Positions 47,550 through 57,777 of a stretch of 64,000 nt of DNA are shown piece after piece (position 1 is the first letter of the stretch; the number at the start of each line of letters is the position of its first letter). Both the position numbers and the translations under genes were made by a program. The stretch is taken from assembly GCA_046075565.1 (NCBI GenBank), contig JBJTQJ010000002.1:1-64000 (forward strand), in the 5' to 3' direction. The notes beneath the pieces were generated by a model, which worked only from the letters and a program-made list of their open reading frames with translations, was not told where the DNA came from and did not search any database. Origin of the DNA: Verrucomicrobiales bacterium (GTDB taxonomy: Bacteria; Verrucomicrobiota; Verrucomicrobiia; Verrucomicrobiales; SLCJ01).

Positions 47550-49705
47550 GTTTTCTCAACCCATGGATTCTGTTAGGCGCGCTCGGCATCGGACTGCCAA
47601 TCCTCGCGCATTTGCTCAACCGCTTCCAGGTGCAACGCACCGAGTGGGCGGCCATGCGGTTCCTGAACCGGAGCGTGCGCGTGCGTTCCCGCCAACTCAA
47701 ACTGCGTGATCTTTTCCTCCTTCTGCTGCGTTGCACGGCCTTGCTGCTCTTGGTGTTCGCGTTGGCGCGTCCTTCGGGCGGGGGAGCCACCTGGCTTCCC
47801 GGCGAACGACGGGCCGGTGTCGTGATCGCCGTCGATTCTTCTTTCAGCATGCAGGAGGGCGAGGCGGGAGCGACCCGCTTCGATGAAGCCATGAAGCGGG
47901 TGGAGGTCATCCGCAGCAAAATGATACCCGGCGATCCGGTCACCCTCGCCTTGATCGGCGGCGAGCACGAGGTGGTGATGCGCAACATGGCGTATGACGA
48001 CGCCCGGTTTGACCAAGCTGTGCGCGACCTGAAACCCGGCGCGGGCACGCTCGATCTCGCGAACGAACCGAAGCGTATCGCCCGTCTGGTGGCCGATATG
48101 GAGTCCCCGCGCAAAGAGGTGTATCTCATCACCGACGCGCAGCAGGTGGATTGGAAACAACCTTCCGCTCAACTCCGCGAGGCGCTCGCCGAACTGGGCG
48201 CGCAGGCCGATGTCTTCGTCTTGCCGGTCGGCGGCAATGAATCCAACCTCGCCGTGACGGATCTCGATTTGGTCTCCGGTGTTCTGCGCAAGGGCACGAC
48301 CGCCCGCTACCGCGCGACCATCCACAACCATGGCACGGCTGCCGCTTCCAATATCGCGGTGCAATGCCGGGTGGATGATGTGGAAATTGATCGCAAGCTC
48401 ATCCCACTGATCGAACCCGGCGCTTCCGAAACCGTATCGCTCTTCGTTCCATTCCACAACGCCGGTGCCACCCGCATCACGGCGGCGATCACGGGCGACA
48501 CGCTGGCGGCCGATAACATCCGCCGCACGGTGGCCGTCGTGCGCGACCGGGTCTCGGTGCTCTGTGTGGATGGTTCCGATGGCGATGCCGGACGATTGAC
48601 CGTGGCCGCGCTTATGGCACGTGCCGATGGAGCCGATGGCGAGGATTATGTGGTCCGCTCGATTCCATGGCTTGCCTTTCCCTCGGAGAATCTGGAAAAG
48701 ATCGATGTCATCGTGCTGGCCGATGTGCCCGAAATCACCGAACAACAGGCAGGGCAACTCGAACAATTCGTGCGCCGCGGCAACGGCTTGATCTGGTTCG
48801 CCGGGGACAACATCAAGGCCGCCGCATGGAATGAGCGGGCCGCCAGCGCGACCACACCCCTGCTCCCCGCCATCATCCGCGGCCAGACCGAAGCCAGCGA
48901 CGCCCTCGGTGCGGGCAAACCGCTCGACGCGGAAATGCCCGATCATCCGGTCTGCCAGCCGCTCCTTTCCCTGCCCGAGGATCTTTTCAGCGAGACTCGT
49001 TTCCTGCGCCTGCTGAAGGTCGAGCCCGCGCCGGGGAGTTTTCCAGTGCTCGAACTCGCCGGCAACGGCGGCCCCATCCTGCTCGAAAAGGCTCTCGGCC
49101 GCGGCCAGGTTTTCATGTTCACCACTACCGCGGAAACCGCCTGGAATAACATGGCGCTGACACCGGTTTTCCCGATGGTCATGCAACAGATCGTCACTTA
49201 CCAGACGGGGCGCGAATTCGAACACTCCCGCACGGTCGGCGATTCACTGGCCCTGACTTACGTCGATCAACCGGACGCCAGCGACGCGGTCTTTGATACG
49301 CCCGGCGGTGAAACCATCACCGTGCCCGTGCGCGATTCCGGAGGCCAGTTCGTCGCCTTGCTGGAATCCGCGCCCGAAGACGGGTATTACACCGCGCGGG
49401 TGAGTGTCCAGGCCCCCGGGCTTCCCATTTCCGTCAATGTGGATCCGCGAGAATCGGACATTCGTCGCCTGCCGGAAGCGGAGATGCGCGCCAATCTCGA
49501 AGGCATGGGCATCGGTGTCGTGACCGGTGACAACGAACTGGCCGCGACCATCGATGCTAAGCGCACCGGCCGCTCCGCCTGGCGGTTCTTCATGATCGCG
49601 GGGCTGGTTTTCCTTTTGATCGAATGCCTGCTCGCCGACCGCATGCTCGGGCGCGGTCGTGCCAAACCCGAAACCGCCGACAATCCACTTCCGCAAAATG
49701 TCTGA
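47546..49705 (+). CDS. BatA-domain/vWA membrane protein with CARDB-like and GATase-like domains
   Basis: MSFLNP...PILAHL...WAAMRFL (BatA), LARP, MIDAS DSSFSM, ITD, NLAV, NVDPRESD and C-terminal TM. Confidence 0.88.
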   Translation: MSFLNPWILLGALGIGLPILAHLLNRFQVQRTEWAAMRFLNRSVRVRSRQLKLRDLFLLLLRCTALLLLVFALARPSGGGATWLPGERRAGVVIAVDSSFSMQEGEAGATRFDEAMKRVEVIRSKMIPGDPVTLALIGGEHEVVMRNMAYDDARFDQAVRDLKPGAGTLDLANEPKRIARLVADMESPRKEVYLITDAQQVDWKQPSAQLREALAELGAQADVFVLPVGGNESNLAVTDLDLVSGVLRKGTTARYRATIHNHGTAAASNIAVQCRVDDVEIDRKLIPLIEPGASETVSLFVPFHNAGATRITAAITGDTLAADNIRRTVAVVRDRVSVLCVDGSDGDAGRLTVAALMARADGADGEDYVVRSIPWLAFPSENLEKIDVIVLADVPEITEQQAGQLEQFVRRGNGLIWFAGDNIKAAAWNERAASATTPLLPAIIRGQTEASDALGAGKPLDAEMPDHPVCQPLLSLPEDLFSETRFLRLLKVEPAPGSFPVLELAGNGGPILLEKALGRGQVFMFTTTAETAWNNMALTPVFPMVMQQIVTYQTGREFEHSRTVGDSLALTYVDQPDASDAVFDTPGGETITVPVRDSGGQFVALLESAPEDGYYTARVSVQAPGLPISVNVDPRESDIRRLPEAEMRANLEGMGIGVVTGDNELAATIDAKRTGRSAWRFFMIAGLVFLLIECLLADRMLGRGRAKPETADNPLPQNV

Positions 49706-52079
49706 ACCCATGCTCATGACGCTCGGTCTCGACGGGTTCTTCTGGGCCCGTCCGCTTTCCACACCGTTGATGATGGCGGTGTTCGCCGGTGTGGTGGTGT
49801 TGAGTGTCTTTCTTTACCGCCGGGCTTGGGGGCTGCCCGGATGGTTGCGAGTCGGGCTCGGCGTGGCCCGGTTCTTGGCCCTCAGTTTGGTCGTCGCCTC
49901 TTTGTTCGAGCCGACCGGTGTGGTGACCGAATCGCACACACAGCAACGGAGCCTGCCTATCCTCATCGATGTTTCCGAAAGCATGTCATTGAAGGATCCG
50001 CGCAAGAACGCGGAGGATGTCGCCACTGCCGCGAAGGCGCTGGGGATGGTGAAGGAGGAAGGCTCGGATGCCGGGCGGATTTCCATGATGCTCGATGCGA
50101 ATCAACGGCAAGCGATCCTGTCGGCCAGCCGTCTCGATCTGGCACGGGGCATCCTCACCCACGAGGCCACCCCCGTTTTCACCGAACTCGGCCAACAACT
50201 CGACATCAGCTACCACAGCTTCGGGCAAACCACCCGCCCGCTCCGCGATACGAGCACGGTGAATGCCGATGATCTTTCGGCACTCAAGGCCAATGAACCT
50301 TCGACTTCCATTGCATCCTCGCTCGAAGCCGCGGTCAAATCTGGGATCACCGCGCCGGCCGGTATCGTGTTGCTGACCGATGGCATCGATGCCGCCGCAT
50401 CGAAGCGCACGGAAGAGGTGCTGCAGGATCTGGGCGCGCGCGGCATCCCGGTTTTTCCAGTGCCAATCGGGCTCGAGCAACCCGACGACCTTTCCATCCG
50501 CACCATCGTGATGCAGGAAGTAGCGTTTTCCGGCGACAGTGTTCCGGTGCAGGTGCATCTCCTCTCCAAGGGATATGAAAGAAGGACGGTGAAGCTCGCG
50601 GTCACACTCAATGATCGCCAGGTCTCGCAGCGGCGGGTGCGCCTGCAAGGCGGACTGCAAATCGAGGATATCGATTTCAACGTCGATTTATCGGAAAAAG
50701 GCGCGGCCAAGATCGCGGTCACGGTCGAGCCATTCGACGACGAGGTCTCGACCGCCAACAACCGCGTCGAACGAAGCATCCGGGTGGTCAACGAGAAGGT
50801 GAATGTGCTCTACATTGAAGGCAACAACCGCTGGGAATTCCGCTACTTGAGCGCCATCCTCAAACGTGACCCCCGGCTCAACACCACCTTCATCGCCTCG
50901 TCGGCCGGTCCGGAATTCGCCCGCAATTCTCCCGAACACATTGAACGATTTCCCTCGAAACGCGAGGAGGTATTCAAATACGATCTCGTCATTCTCGGCG
51001 ACGTCGATGCGCAGTTTTTCACGCCCGAGGAACTCGGCCTGCTGGAGGAACTGGTGCGCGATCGCGGTGGTTCCCTGCTCGTGCTCTGTGGGCCGACGCA
51101 CACGCCGTCGTCCTATTCCGGCACTCCGGTGGAGTCGATCTTGCCGGTTCGCTTTGATGCGGATAGCAAATGGGAATTCACCTCGGAAGCCAGCTTCCCG
51201 GTGCTGACCCCGGAAGGACGGAGCAGCATGGTGATGGTGCTGGAAAATGACCCCGAGGAAAATGATCGAGTCTGGAGCAGGGTAGCGCCGCTTGACCATC
51301 TTCCTCCGCTCACCGGAGCCAAACCCGGCGCCACCGTTCTGGCCACCTTGTCCGATTCCGCCTCTGGTTCCCAAAGATATCCCATGGTGGCATGGCATCG
51401 TTATGGCACCGGCAAATGCCTGACCCTCGCCACCGATCGTCTCTGGCGCCTGCGGTTCAAAACCGGCGACAAATACCACTGGCGCGTCTGGTCACAGTCG
51501 ATCCAGTTCCTCACCCTCTCCCGCCTGATGGGTGAGCACAAGCGCATCCGCCTCGAGACCGACCGCACGACCTACGGCGATGGTGAACAAGTGCGCCTGT
51601 ATGCTCACGTGTTGGACGAGGAGTTCGAACCGATGGTGCAACCATCCTTCGAGATCAGCGTCAATGGCGTGGGGGAAAACGCGCTCCGGGAAACGATCAG
51701 CCTGCAACCCGATCGCACCTCCCCCGGACTCTACGAAGGCTATTTCACCACCACCGTGCCGGGACGTTATCGTCTGGAGGCGAACGAAGACAACAAGGAG
51801 GTTTCCAACACCACCGAGTTCCAGGTGGCGGTGGTCAACGAGGAACTCGCGGATACGAACATGCGCCTGGACGGCCTCCGGCGCATCGCCCAACTGACCG
51901 GCGGTTCCTGCCTGGAGGCGGGCGAGCTTTCCAAACTCAAATCGCTACTGCGCACGGAACCAATCACAACCACCGTGCGCACGGAACGCCCGCTCTGGGA
52001 TAATGGTTTCATTGCCGCCCTGCTGATCGGCATGCTCGGTCTGGAATGGATCCTGCGCAGAAAACACGACTTGACCTGA
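49698..52079 (+). CDS. vWA + glutamine-amidotransferase-like membrane protein
   Basis: N-terminal TMs, DVSESM, LLTDG, VLYIEG..RWEFRYL, YDLVILGDV and C-terminal LEWILRR. Confidence 0.85.
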   Translation: MSEPMLMTLGLDGFFWARPLSTPLMMAVFAGVVVLSVFLYRRAWGLPGWLRVGLGVARFLALSLVVASLFEPTGVVTESHTQQRSLPILIDVSESMSLKDPRKNAEDVATAAKALGMVKEEGSDAGRISMMLDANQRQAILSASRLDLARGILTHEATPVFTELGQQLDISYHSFGQTTRPLRDTSTVNADDLSALKANEPSTSIASSLEAAVKSGITAPAGIVLLTDGIDAAASKRTEEVLQDLGARGIPVFPVPIGLEQPDDLSIRTIVMQEVAFSGDSVPVQVHLLSKGYERRTVKLAVTLNDRQVSQRRVRLQGGLQIEDIDFNVDLSEKGAAKIAVTVEPFDDEVSTANNRVERSIRVVNEKVNVLYIEGNNRWEFRYLSAILKRDPRLNTTFIASSAGPEFARNSPEHIERFPSKREEVFKYDLVILGDVDAQFFTPEELGLLEELVRDRGGSLLVLCGPTHTPSSYSGTPVESILPVRFDADSKWEFTSEASFPVLTPEGRSSMVMVLENDPEENDRVWSRVAPLDHLPPLTGAKPGATVLATLSDSASGSQRYPMVAWHRYGTGKCLTLATDRLWRLRFKTGDKYHWRVWSQSIQFLTLSRLMGEHKRIRLETDRTTYGDGEQVRLYAHVLDEEFEPMVQPSFEISVNGVGENALRETISLQPDRTSPGLYEGYFTTTVPGRYRLEANEDNKEVSNTTEFQVAVVNEELADTNMRLDGLRRIAQLTGGSCLEAGELSKLKSLLRTEPITTTVRTERPLWDNGFIAALLIGMLGLEWILRRKHDLT

Positions 52080-55000
52080 TGAGCGAGAACTCCAACCAAG
52101 CCATCACTGAATGCCTGCTCGCCGTCTGGCGACGCGGGCAACGCAAACATTTTTTCAGCGGACTGCTGGCCTTTACGCGCTGGTTCGTGCCCATGTTTCT
52201 GCTGACGATCCTCATCGATCGATTCGCCTATCTACCCGTCTGGGCACGTGCCCTGGCCGCCCTCGCCATCCTGGCCGTTTGCCTCCGGCAAGGTTGGCGT
52301 AATGGGTGGAATCTTCTCCAGGGCTTCAATGATGTTCGCACGGCCCGGCAAGTCGAGGACGCCGAAGGCGGGATGGACAGCCTATTGACTACGGCGGTGC
52401 ACTTCCAAAATCATGGAGTCTCGCCCGGCACTTCGAAGGCTCTTTGGGAGCACACCTTGACTCATGCCGGATCCGTCGCCACGAAAATCGAACCGGCCAA
52501 GGTCGTGACAATGCGCGACCTCACGCGGCCATTTCGTGCCGCTCTCGCGTCGCTCGCCGTTCTGCTTGTCGCCGCCATCATTTTCGGCTCCTTCATCGGC
52601 GCCGGATTCGGCCGCATTTTCGCGCCATGGCTGGCCATCGCATATCCGACCAAGACCAAAATACATCTCGATGCAGGCGAGATGGTCGTGCAGGAAGGCG
52701 CGCCAGCGAAGATCGAGATCCGGCTCGACGGTTCGGTGCCGGCCTCCGCCACCCTTGACCTGCAAACCGGAACCGGACGTCCGCGCGAGATGGAACTCGC
52801 CGTCAAGGATGGTCTGTGCATCTACGAAATCGCATCGGCTTCCCGCGATTTTTCCTTCCGCATCAAAGCCGGTGATGCCCGCAGCGACTGGCGGCAGGTG
52901 AAGGTTATTCCCGCGCCGCGGCTCGCGGGAGTGAAAGTCGATCTCGATTATCCCGACTATATCGACCGCGCCACGGATCAGGTGGAAGCCCTCACTCTCA
53001 CCGTGCCCGAGGAAACCAAAGTGCGCTGGCAACTCACCCTCGACACACCCATCAGCGCGGCCACGCTGCATCGCGATGGCAGCGATGATCAGACCCTGCA
53101 AATCGGGCCCGACGGCCGCACGCTCACGCTTGCCGAAACCGCTTCCGCTTCCCTAGGCTATAGTTTTTCATGGACGGAAGCGGCCCACGGATTTGTTTTC
53201 ACCAGTCCGCGTTATTTCCTGCAGGTGTCGTCCGACCAGGCCCCGCGCGTCGAGCTGACCTCGCCCGCGAACAACCTCAACGCCATGCTCGGTCGCCCGC
53301 TGCAACTGGCCGTGCGCGCATCCGATGATCACGGCATCGGCTCGACCACCATCACCTATCGGGTGAACCGCCGCCCGGAAAAGTCCATCACCCTGGAGAA
53401 GCCGCTCCAGCAAGGGGATGGAGAACAAACGCTCGACTGGGATTACCGGAAAGAACTACCCGACCTGCAGATCGGAGACACCGTTTCCTTCCTCGTGGAA
53501 GTCGCCGACAAGTATCCCGGCGAAACCGGTCCGCATCGGGTGCGCACCGATTCGCGGCGTATCACGTTCTTGTCCCGCGAGGACTATCTCGCCGAAATCA
53601 ACAAACAGATGGAGCGGTTGCTCACCAGGGTGCGCGCCCTTTACCGGCAGGAACGGGCCGCGCACGAGCTGGTGATGGGCCTGGATCCACGTGCGGAGAC
53701 CTTCGTGCCGACCTGCCAGCTCGAGGCGATTCGCCAGGAAATGGTGCGCGAACAACTGATGGCCACCGCGACCGAAGTGCATGCCCTTCTGGATGATCTG
53801 GCCGCGAACAAGGTGAGTGACGCGGTGGAAAGCGAATCGCTCGCCGCCATGCGCGATGCGATGCGTGCCATCGCCACCGATCATGTCGCCCGGGCCGCCG
53901 ATCTCCTGCGCGCGCAGGTCGGAGCCGAGCGCCGGGATCCCGAACCCGCCATCGCCGCCGTCAATCAAGCCGCCCGCGAACTCGCTGGGCTCGTCATGCA
54001 ACGCGGCATCGAGGCATCCCGTGAGGTCTTCGCCCGCGAGTCGCGTATGCTGGCCACGGAATTGGCCCGCCTCCGCCTGCTTTTGTTGACCTCGTCTCCC
54101 GATCAAGCGACCACGCTGGCCAAGAGGCACGAGGAGGTCGCCGCATGGACCGATGAGCTCCTCGACCGACTCAATGCCAGCATGCGCTATGACCAACGGC
54201 CGCTCTCCGTCCTCGGCTTGAGCCGCAAGATCCATGCGCTGCGTGTTTCCGCGTTATCTGACTCCATCCGCAAGATCGCAGGCACGACGGGCAATGGCGA
54301 CTATCAGGCGGCCGCCACCGCGCAATACCCGCTCATCCGGCCGCTCCTTGAAGCGGAATTCACCATGCGTACCGGCTCCGAGTTCGCGCGTCTTCAGGAT
54401 TTGCGGGAACAGATATCCCTTCTGATCGCCGGCCAGCAGGAACTCCAGAAACAAGGCATCGAATCCTCCGACTTCGACAAGAAGTCGCCGGAGTTGGCCA
54501 AACGCCAGGCCGCCTTGCGCGACGCGCTGGTCCTCGCGCCGCTGCCGGGCATCGCCGCCCCGCGACCGCGCCTGATGGATCTGCGATTGCCACCACCGCC
54601 GCCAACCGATGCCTTGCGGCTTCGCACCGAGACATCCATGACCGAGGCCTGCGCGCATCTCGCCTCCAAATCCAAGGAAAAGTCCACGGCCAGTCAGGAC
54701 GCGGCGCTCGCTTCGTTGCGTGAATTGGATGCCATCCTGGCACGCTGGTCCATCGAACTCGCCCAGAATTCGCTCGGGGTTTCATCCGAAGTCTCCGCCG
54801 CCACCGACCGCGTCGCCGTGCTCGGGGAATTCGAAGCCCGCCAGATCAAACTCCTCGAGCACACCGAAGATGCCGCTCTCGATGAAAAGAACGCCGCCGT
54901 ATTTATCGAAGACCAGAAGACGCTGGCCAATGATGTCGAGGCATTCCACAAAGAACTGGCGGAGGGCGATTCGGCTTCGAAAAAGAATCTCCTGCCACTT

Positions 55001-56506
55001 CTCGGTCGCTTGCAAGCGGTCGGCGGCCACATGAAGCCCGCCCTCGCCGCGATGGGCAAGAATCGCCTCGAAGACGCGCTCGAACCGCAGGAGCAGGCTG
55101 CCACTGCCCTGGCCGACGCCCGCACGCTCGCAGAGGCACAACTCGGGCAATACACGCTGCTCCAACAATTGATTGGTTTCCAACAAGCGGTGGCCAAAGC
55201 CGGAGCGGAAATGAACGACATCGTTGGCGGCCAGAACGACCTCATCGCCGCCACCAAAGACGCCGATGAAAAATCACTGCCTCCGCTGCTCGCCCCGCAA
55301 CGCAACCTGCTCAATTGTCTCAAGGAGATCGCGCCATCCCTCGATCTGGTGGCGGCCCGGCTTGATGTCGGCACACCTCTTGTGTTCGCCGCTTCGGATG
55401 TCGAGGATGCCCTGATGGCCATGGAAGATGGCGATGCGGAAGACGCCGCGGATATCCAAGAGACCGCCGTCGATTCATTGGCCAAGGTCCAAGGTCTGGT
55501 CGCTGATGTGTCGGTTCAGACCGGTTACATCGCCGAGATCGTCGAATTCCTCAACGACGCGCAATCGGAGTTGTCCATGCTTTCCTTCCGCCAGCGCCAG
55601 ATTCGGGAGAACACGGCGCCCGCGGATGCGCTCGCCGCTCAGGAAAAATTAGCCTCCGATACGGAAACCTTCGCTCGCACCCTCACGGAAGTCGCCGGAA
55701 AGGTGGATTTCGAACAACTCGATGAGAAGACGAAAGTAAAACTGGAAGGGGTGAACTTGAGCCTCGACTTCAATGCCGCCGCCGTCGACATGAAGGAAGC
55801 GCTCCGACTTCTGCAGGCCGGGGAAGCCGCCGCCGAGGTGATGATGTCCGCCGAGAAAGCGCTCGTTTCCAATTCGGATCAACTCACCGTCATCATCTCC
55901 ATGCTCAACGGGCTGCCAGCCCTCACCCTGACCTCGGCCGAACCACCGGAACTGCACCAGTTGTTCAAGGTCCTCGACATCGCCAGTAAACACCGCGCCC
56001 TTTTGCGCCAGACTCATGGCAGCGACGCCAAAGCTATCGCCACGCTTTCCGCTTCCCAGCAAAAACTCGCCCAAGCCCTCGCCAAGGCCAATGAGGGTGA
56101 AGTGAATCACCCCATGCTCGCGGTCGCCCAAGGGCAATTGGATGCCGTCATTCCGGAGTTGGCCGCTTCCCGCAAGGACGAAGCGGGCCGAGCCCAATTG
56201 ACCGCCGACCGGACGTTGCGCCATTTCATCATTCAGCAGGCGTTGATCCTGAATACCGCGATGCCGCCACCCTCGTCAAGTGATAGCGATGTCATCACTG
56301 AAGCGGAAACCTCCGATCTCACCATCAGCGAGGCCGTCGGCTTCGTTTCCGATTTCGTCAGCGGCGAGGCCCCCAAAGACAAGAAGTCCGAATGGGATTT
56401 CCTCGGCACCCGCAACCGCGCCGCGCTCAACCAGAACTTTGCCCGCGAGCTTCCCCTGGAATACCGCGCCACGCTCAAAAATTACTACGAAAGGGTCGCG
56501 AAGTGA
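52079..56506 (+). CDS. Large DUF4175-like membrane-anchored coiled-coil protein
   Basis: Three N-terminal TMs, Ig-like segments (AGD, YPDY, DQAP, DDHGI), long Q/E/A-rich helices and C-terminal PLEYRATLKNYYE. Confidence 0.8.
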   Translation: MSENSNQAITECLLAVWRRGQRKHFFSGLLAFTRWFVPMFLLTILIDRFAYLPVWARALAALAILAVCLRQGWRNGWNLLQGFNDVRTARQVEDAEGGMDSLLTTAVHFQNHGVSPGTSKALWEHTLTHAGSVATKIEPAKVVTMRDLTRPFRAALASLAVLLVAAIIFGSFIGAGFGRIFAPWLAIAYPTKTKIHLDAGEMVVQEGAPAKIEIRLDGSVPASATLDLQTGTGRPREMELAVKDGLCIYEIASASRDFSFRIKAGDARSDWRQVKVIPAPRLAGVKVDLDYPDYIDRATDQVEALTLTVPEETKVRWQLTLDTPISAATLHRDGSDDQTLQIGPDGRTLTLAETASASLGYSFSWTEAAHGFVFTSPRYFLQVSSDQAPRVELTSPANNLNAMLGRPLQLAVRASDDHGIGSTTITYRVNRRPEKSITLEKPLQQGDGEQTLDWDYRKELPDLQIGDTVSFLVEVADKYPGETGPHRVRTDSRRITFLSREDYLAEINKQMERLLTRVRALYRQERAAHELVMGLDPRAETFVPTCQLEAIRQEMVREQLMATATEVHALLDDLAANKVSDAVESESLAAMRDAMRAIATDHVARAADLLRAQVGAERRDPEPAIAAVNQAARELAGLVMQRGIEASREVFARESRMLATELARLRLLLLTSSPDQATTLAKRHEEVAAWTDELLDRLNASMRYDQRPLSVLGLSRKIHALRVSALSDSIRKIAGTTGNGDYQAAATAQYPLIRPLLEAEFTMRTGSEFARLQDLREQISLLIAGQQELQKQGIESSDFDKKSPELAKRQAALRDALVLAPLPGIAAPRPRLMDLRLPPPPPTDALRLRTETSMTEACAHLASKSKEKSTASQDAALASLRELDAILARWSIELAQNSLGVSSEVSAATDRVAVLGEFEARQIKLLEHTEDAALDEKNAAVFIEDQKTLANDVEAFHKELAEGDSASKKNLLPLLGRLQAVGGHMKPALAAMGKNRLEDALEPQEQAATALADARTLAEAQLGQYTLLQQLIGFQQAVAKAGAEMNDIVGGQNDLIAATKDADEKSLPPLLAPQRNLLNCLKEIAPSLDLVAARLDVGTPLVFAASDVEDALMAMEDGDAEDAADIQETAVDSLAKVQGLVADVSVQTGYIAEIVEFLNDAQSELSMLSFRQRQIRENTAPADALAAQEKLASDTETFARTLTEVAGKVDFEQLDEKTKVKLEGVNLSLDFNAAAVDMKEALRLLQAGEAAAEVMMSAEKALVSNSDQLTVIISMLNGLPALTLTSAEPPELHQLFKVLDIASKHRALLRQTHGSDAKAIATLSASQQKLAQALAKANEGEVNHPMLAVAQGQLDAVIPELAASRKDEAGRAQLTADRTLRHFIIQQALILNTAMPPPSSSDSDVITEAETSDLTISEAVGFVSDFVSGEAPKDKKSEWDFLGTRNRAALNQNFARELPLEYRATLKNYYERVAK

Positions 56507-57663
56507 AATTTCGAAATACCCAAATACCCAAATACCCAATGAAATCCGAAATAGCCAAGAACAAACAACGATCCTTCTCGGCACGGTTTGGATTTCGTCC
56601 TTCGTCATTCCTTGGGTATTTGGGTATTTGGGTAGTTGGGTATTTTTCCTTTGCTTGCCCGCTCCACGCCCAGCAGGAACCGGCAGCACCGCCGGCCGCA
56701 GCTCCGTCCGGCAAGCAAGACGCCGCTCCGGAACTCACCGAGGCTGCCGATCTCGCCATCGAACGCGGCCTCCAATATCTTCTTGCCACCCAGAAGCCGG
56801 ACGGCTCGTGGAGCAGCACCGATGGAAAATATGAGATCGCAGGCACCTCGCTCGGCCTCATGGCATTCATGGTCAAAGGTGAGTTCCCGGGCTTCGGCCG
56901 CAATGGCGCGGCCCTTGATCGGGCAAAGGATTACCTGCTCAAACGCTCGCGGGAATCGCCCACCGGATACATGAATGGCATGTATGAACACGGTCTCTAT
57001 ACCCTCGCCATGTCCGAGCTCTGGGGTATGACCGCCAAAACCGAGGACGACAAGGAGATCCAACATGCCCTTGAACGCGCCGTGCAGGTGATCCTGCGCG
57101 CGCAGAGCCCACTCGGAGGCTGGCGCTATCATGCCCGACCAGATGCGGGTCAGGACACCTCGGTTACCGCCATGGTTTTTGTCTCACTAGCTTCGGCGAA
57201 ACAAGCTGGCATCCTCGTGCCCACCGAAACCATTGACAGAGTCGTCGGTTATCTGCGCGACCAGGTGTGGAATGAAAAGACCGGCGGATTCGGATACCAA
57301 GGGAGGGATGGAACAACGCTGGCTTGCACCGCCGGCGGAGCATACGCGGCCCAGCTTTGCGGGATGCGCGACACGGAATGGGTGCAAGCTGCCATCCGTT
57401 ATCTGGAAAACAGCCCGAAGGTCTTCAACCGCCAGGAAATCGGTTACTATTACTATGCCCACTACTATGCCATGCAGGCCATGGTGCAGGCCGGCGACGA
57501 ACATTACGCCAAGTGGTATCCCCAGATACGGGACGCCCTCCTTGGCCTCCAGAAACCAGATGGCTCGTGGGTCGAGAAAGAGAATGACTATCCCAGCAAC
57601 ACGCCCATGGCCATCATCATTCTCGGCACACCCCACCGCTACATCCCTGTCTATCAGCAGTAG
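56503..57663 (+). CDS. Secreted prenyltransferase/squalene-oxidase-repeat (alpha/alpha toroid) protein
   Basis: QW-like repeats LLATQKPDGSW, AQSPLGGWRY and LQKPDGSW; DTSVT; GGFGY. Start is GTG 56503 (coupled) or ATG 56539. Confidence 0.85.
   Translation: MKFRNTQIPKYPMKSEIAKNKQRSFSARFGFRPSSFLGYLGIWVVGYFSFACPLHAQQEPAAPPAAAPSGKQDAAPELTEAADLAIERGLQYLLATQKPDGSWSSTDGKYEIAGTSLGLMAFMVKGEFPGFGRNGAALDRAKDYLLKRSRESPTGYMNGMYEHGLYTLAMSELWGMTAKTEDDKEIQHALERAVQVILRAQSPLGGWRYHARPDAGQDTSVTAMVFVSLASAKQAGILVPTETIDRVVGYLRDQVWNEKTGGFGYQGRDGTTLACTAGGAYAAQLCGMRDTEWVQAAIRYLENSPKVFNRQEIGYYYYAHYYAMQAMVQAGDEHYAKWYPQIRDALLGLQKPDGSWVEKENDYPSNTPMAIIILGTPHRYIPVYQQ
56514..56645. repeat. Inverted octamer arrays (AAATACCC)x3 ... 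(GGGTATTT)x4
   Basis: AAATACCC at 56514/56522/56530; GGGTATTT at 56614/56622/56638, with GGGTAGTT at 56630. Confidence 0.9.
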
Positions 57664-57777
57664 CCTTCACGAGTGGATGTTGGAAAGGTTTGAAAGCACT
57701 CTGGCAATATCCAACCTCAATCTCTCCACGAAAGAGATCCCCTTCCAATGCCGTTTAGCCACCTGTATCGAACGAAC

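Noticed and set aside
46074..49225. Minus-strand ORFs of 479 and 550 aa
   Set aside because: Shadows of the moxR, DUF58 and BatA genes.
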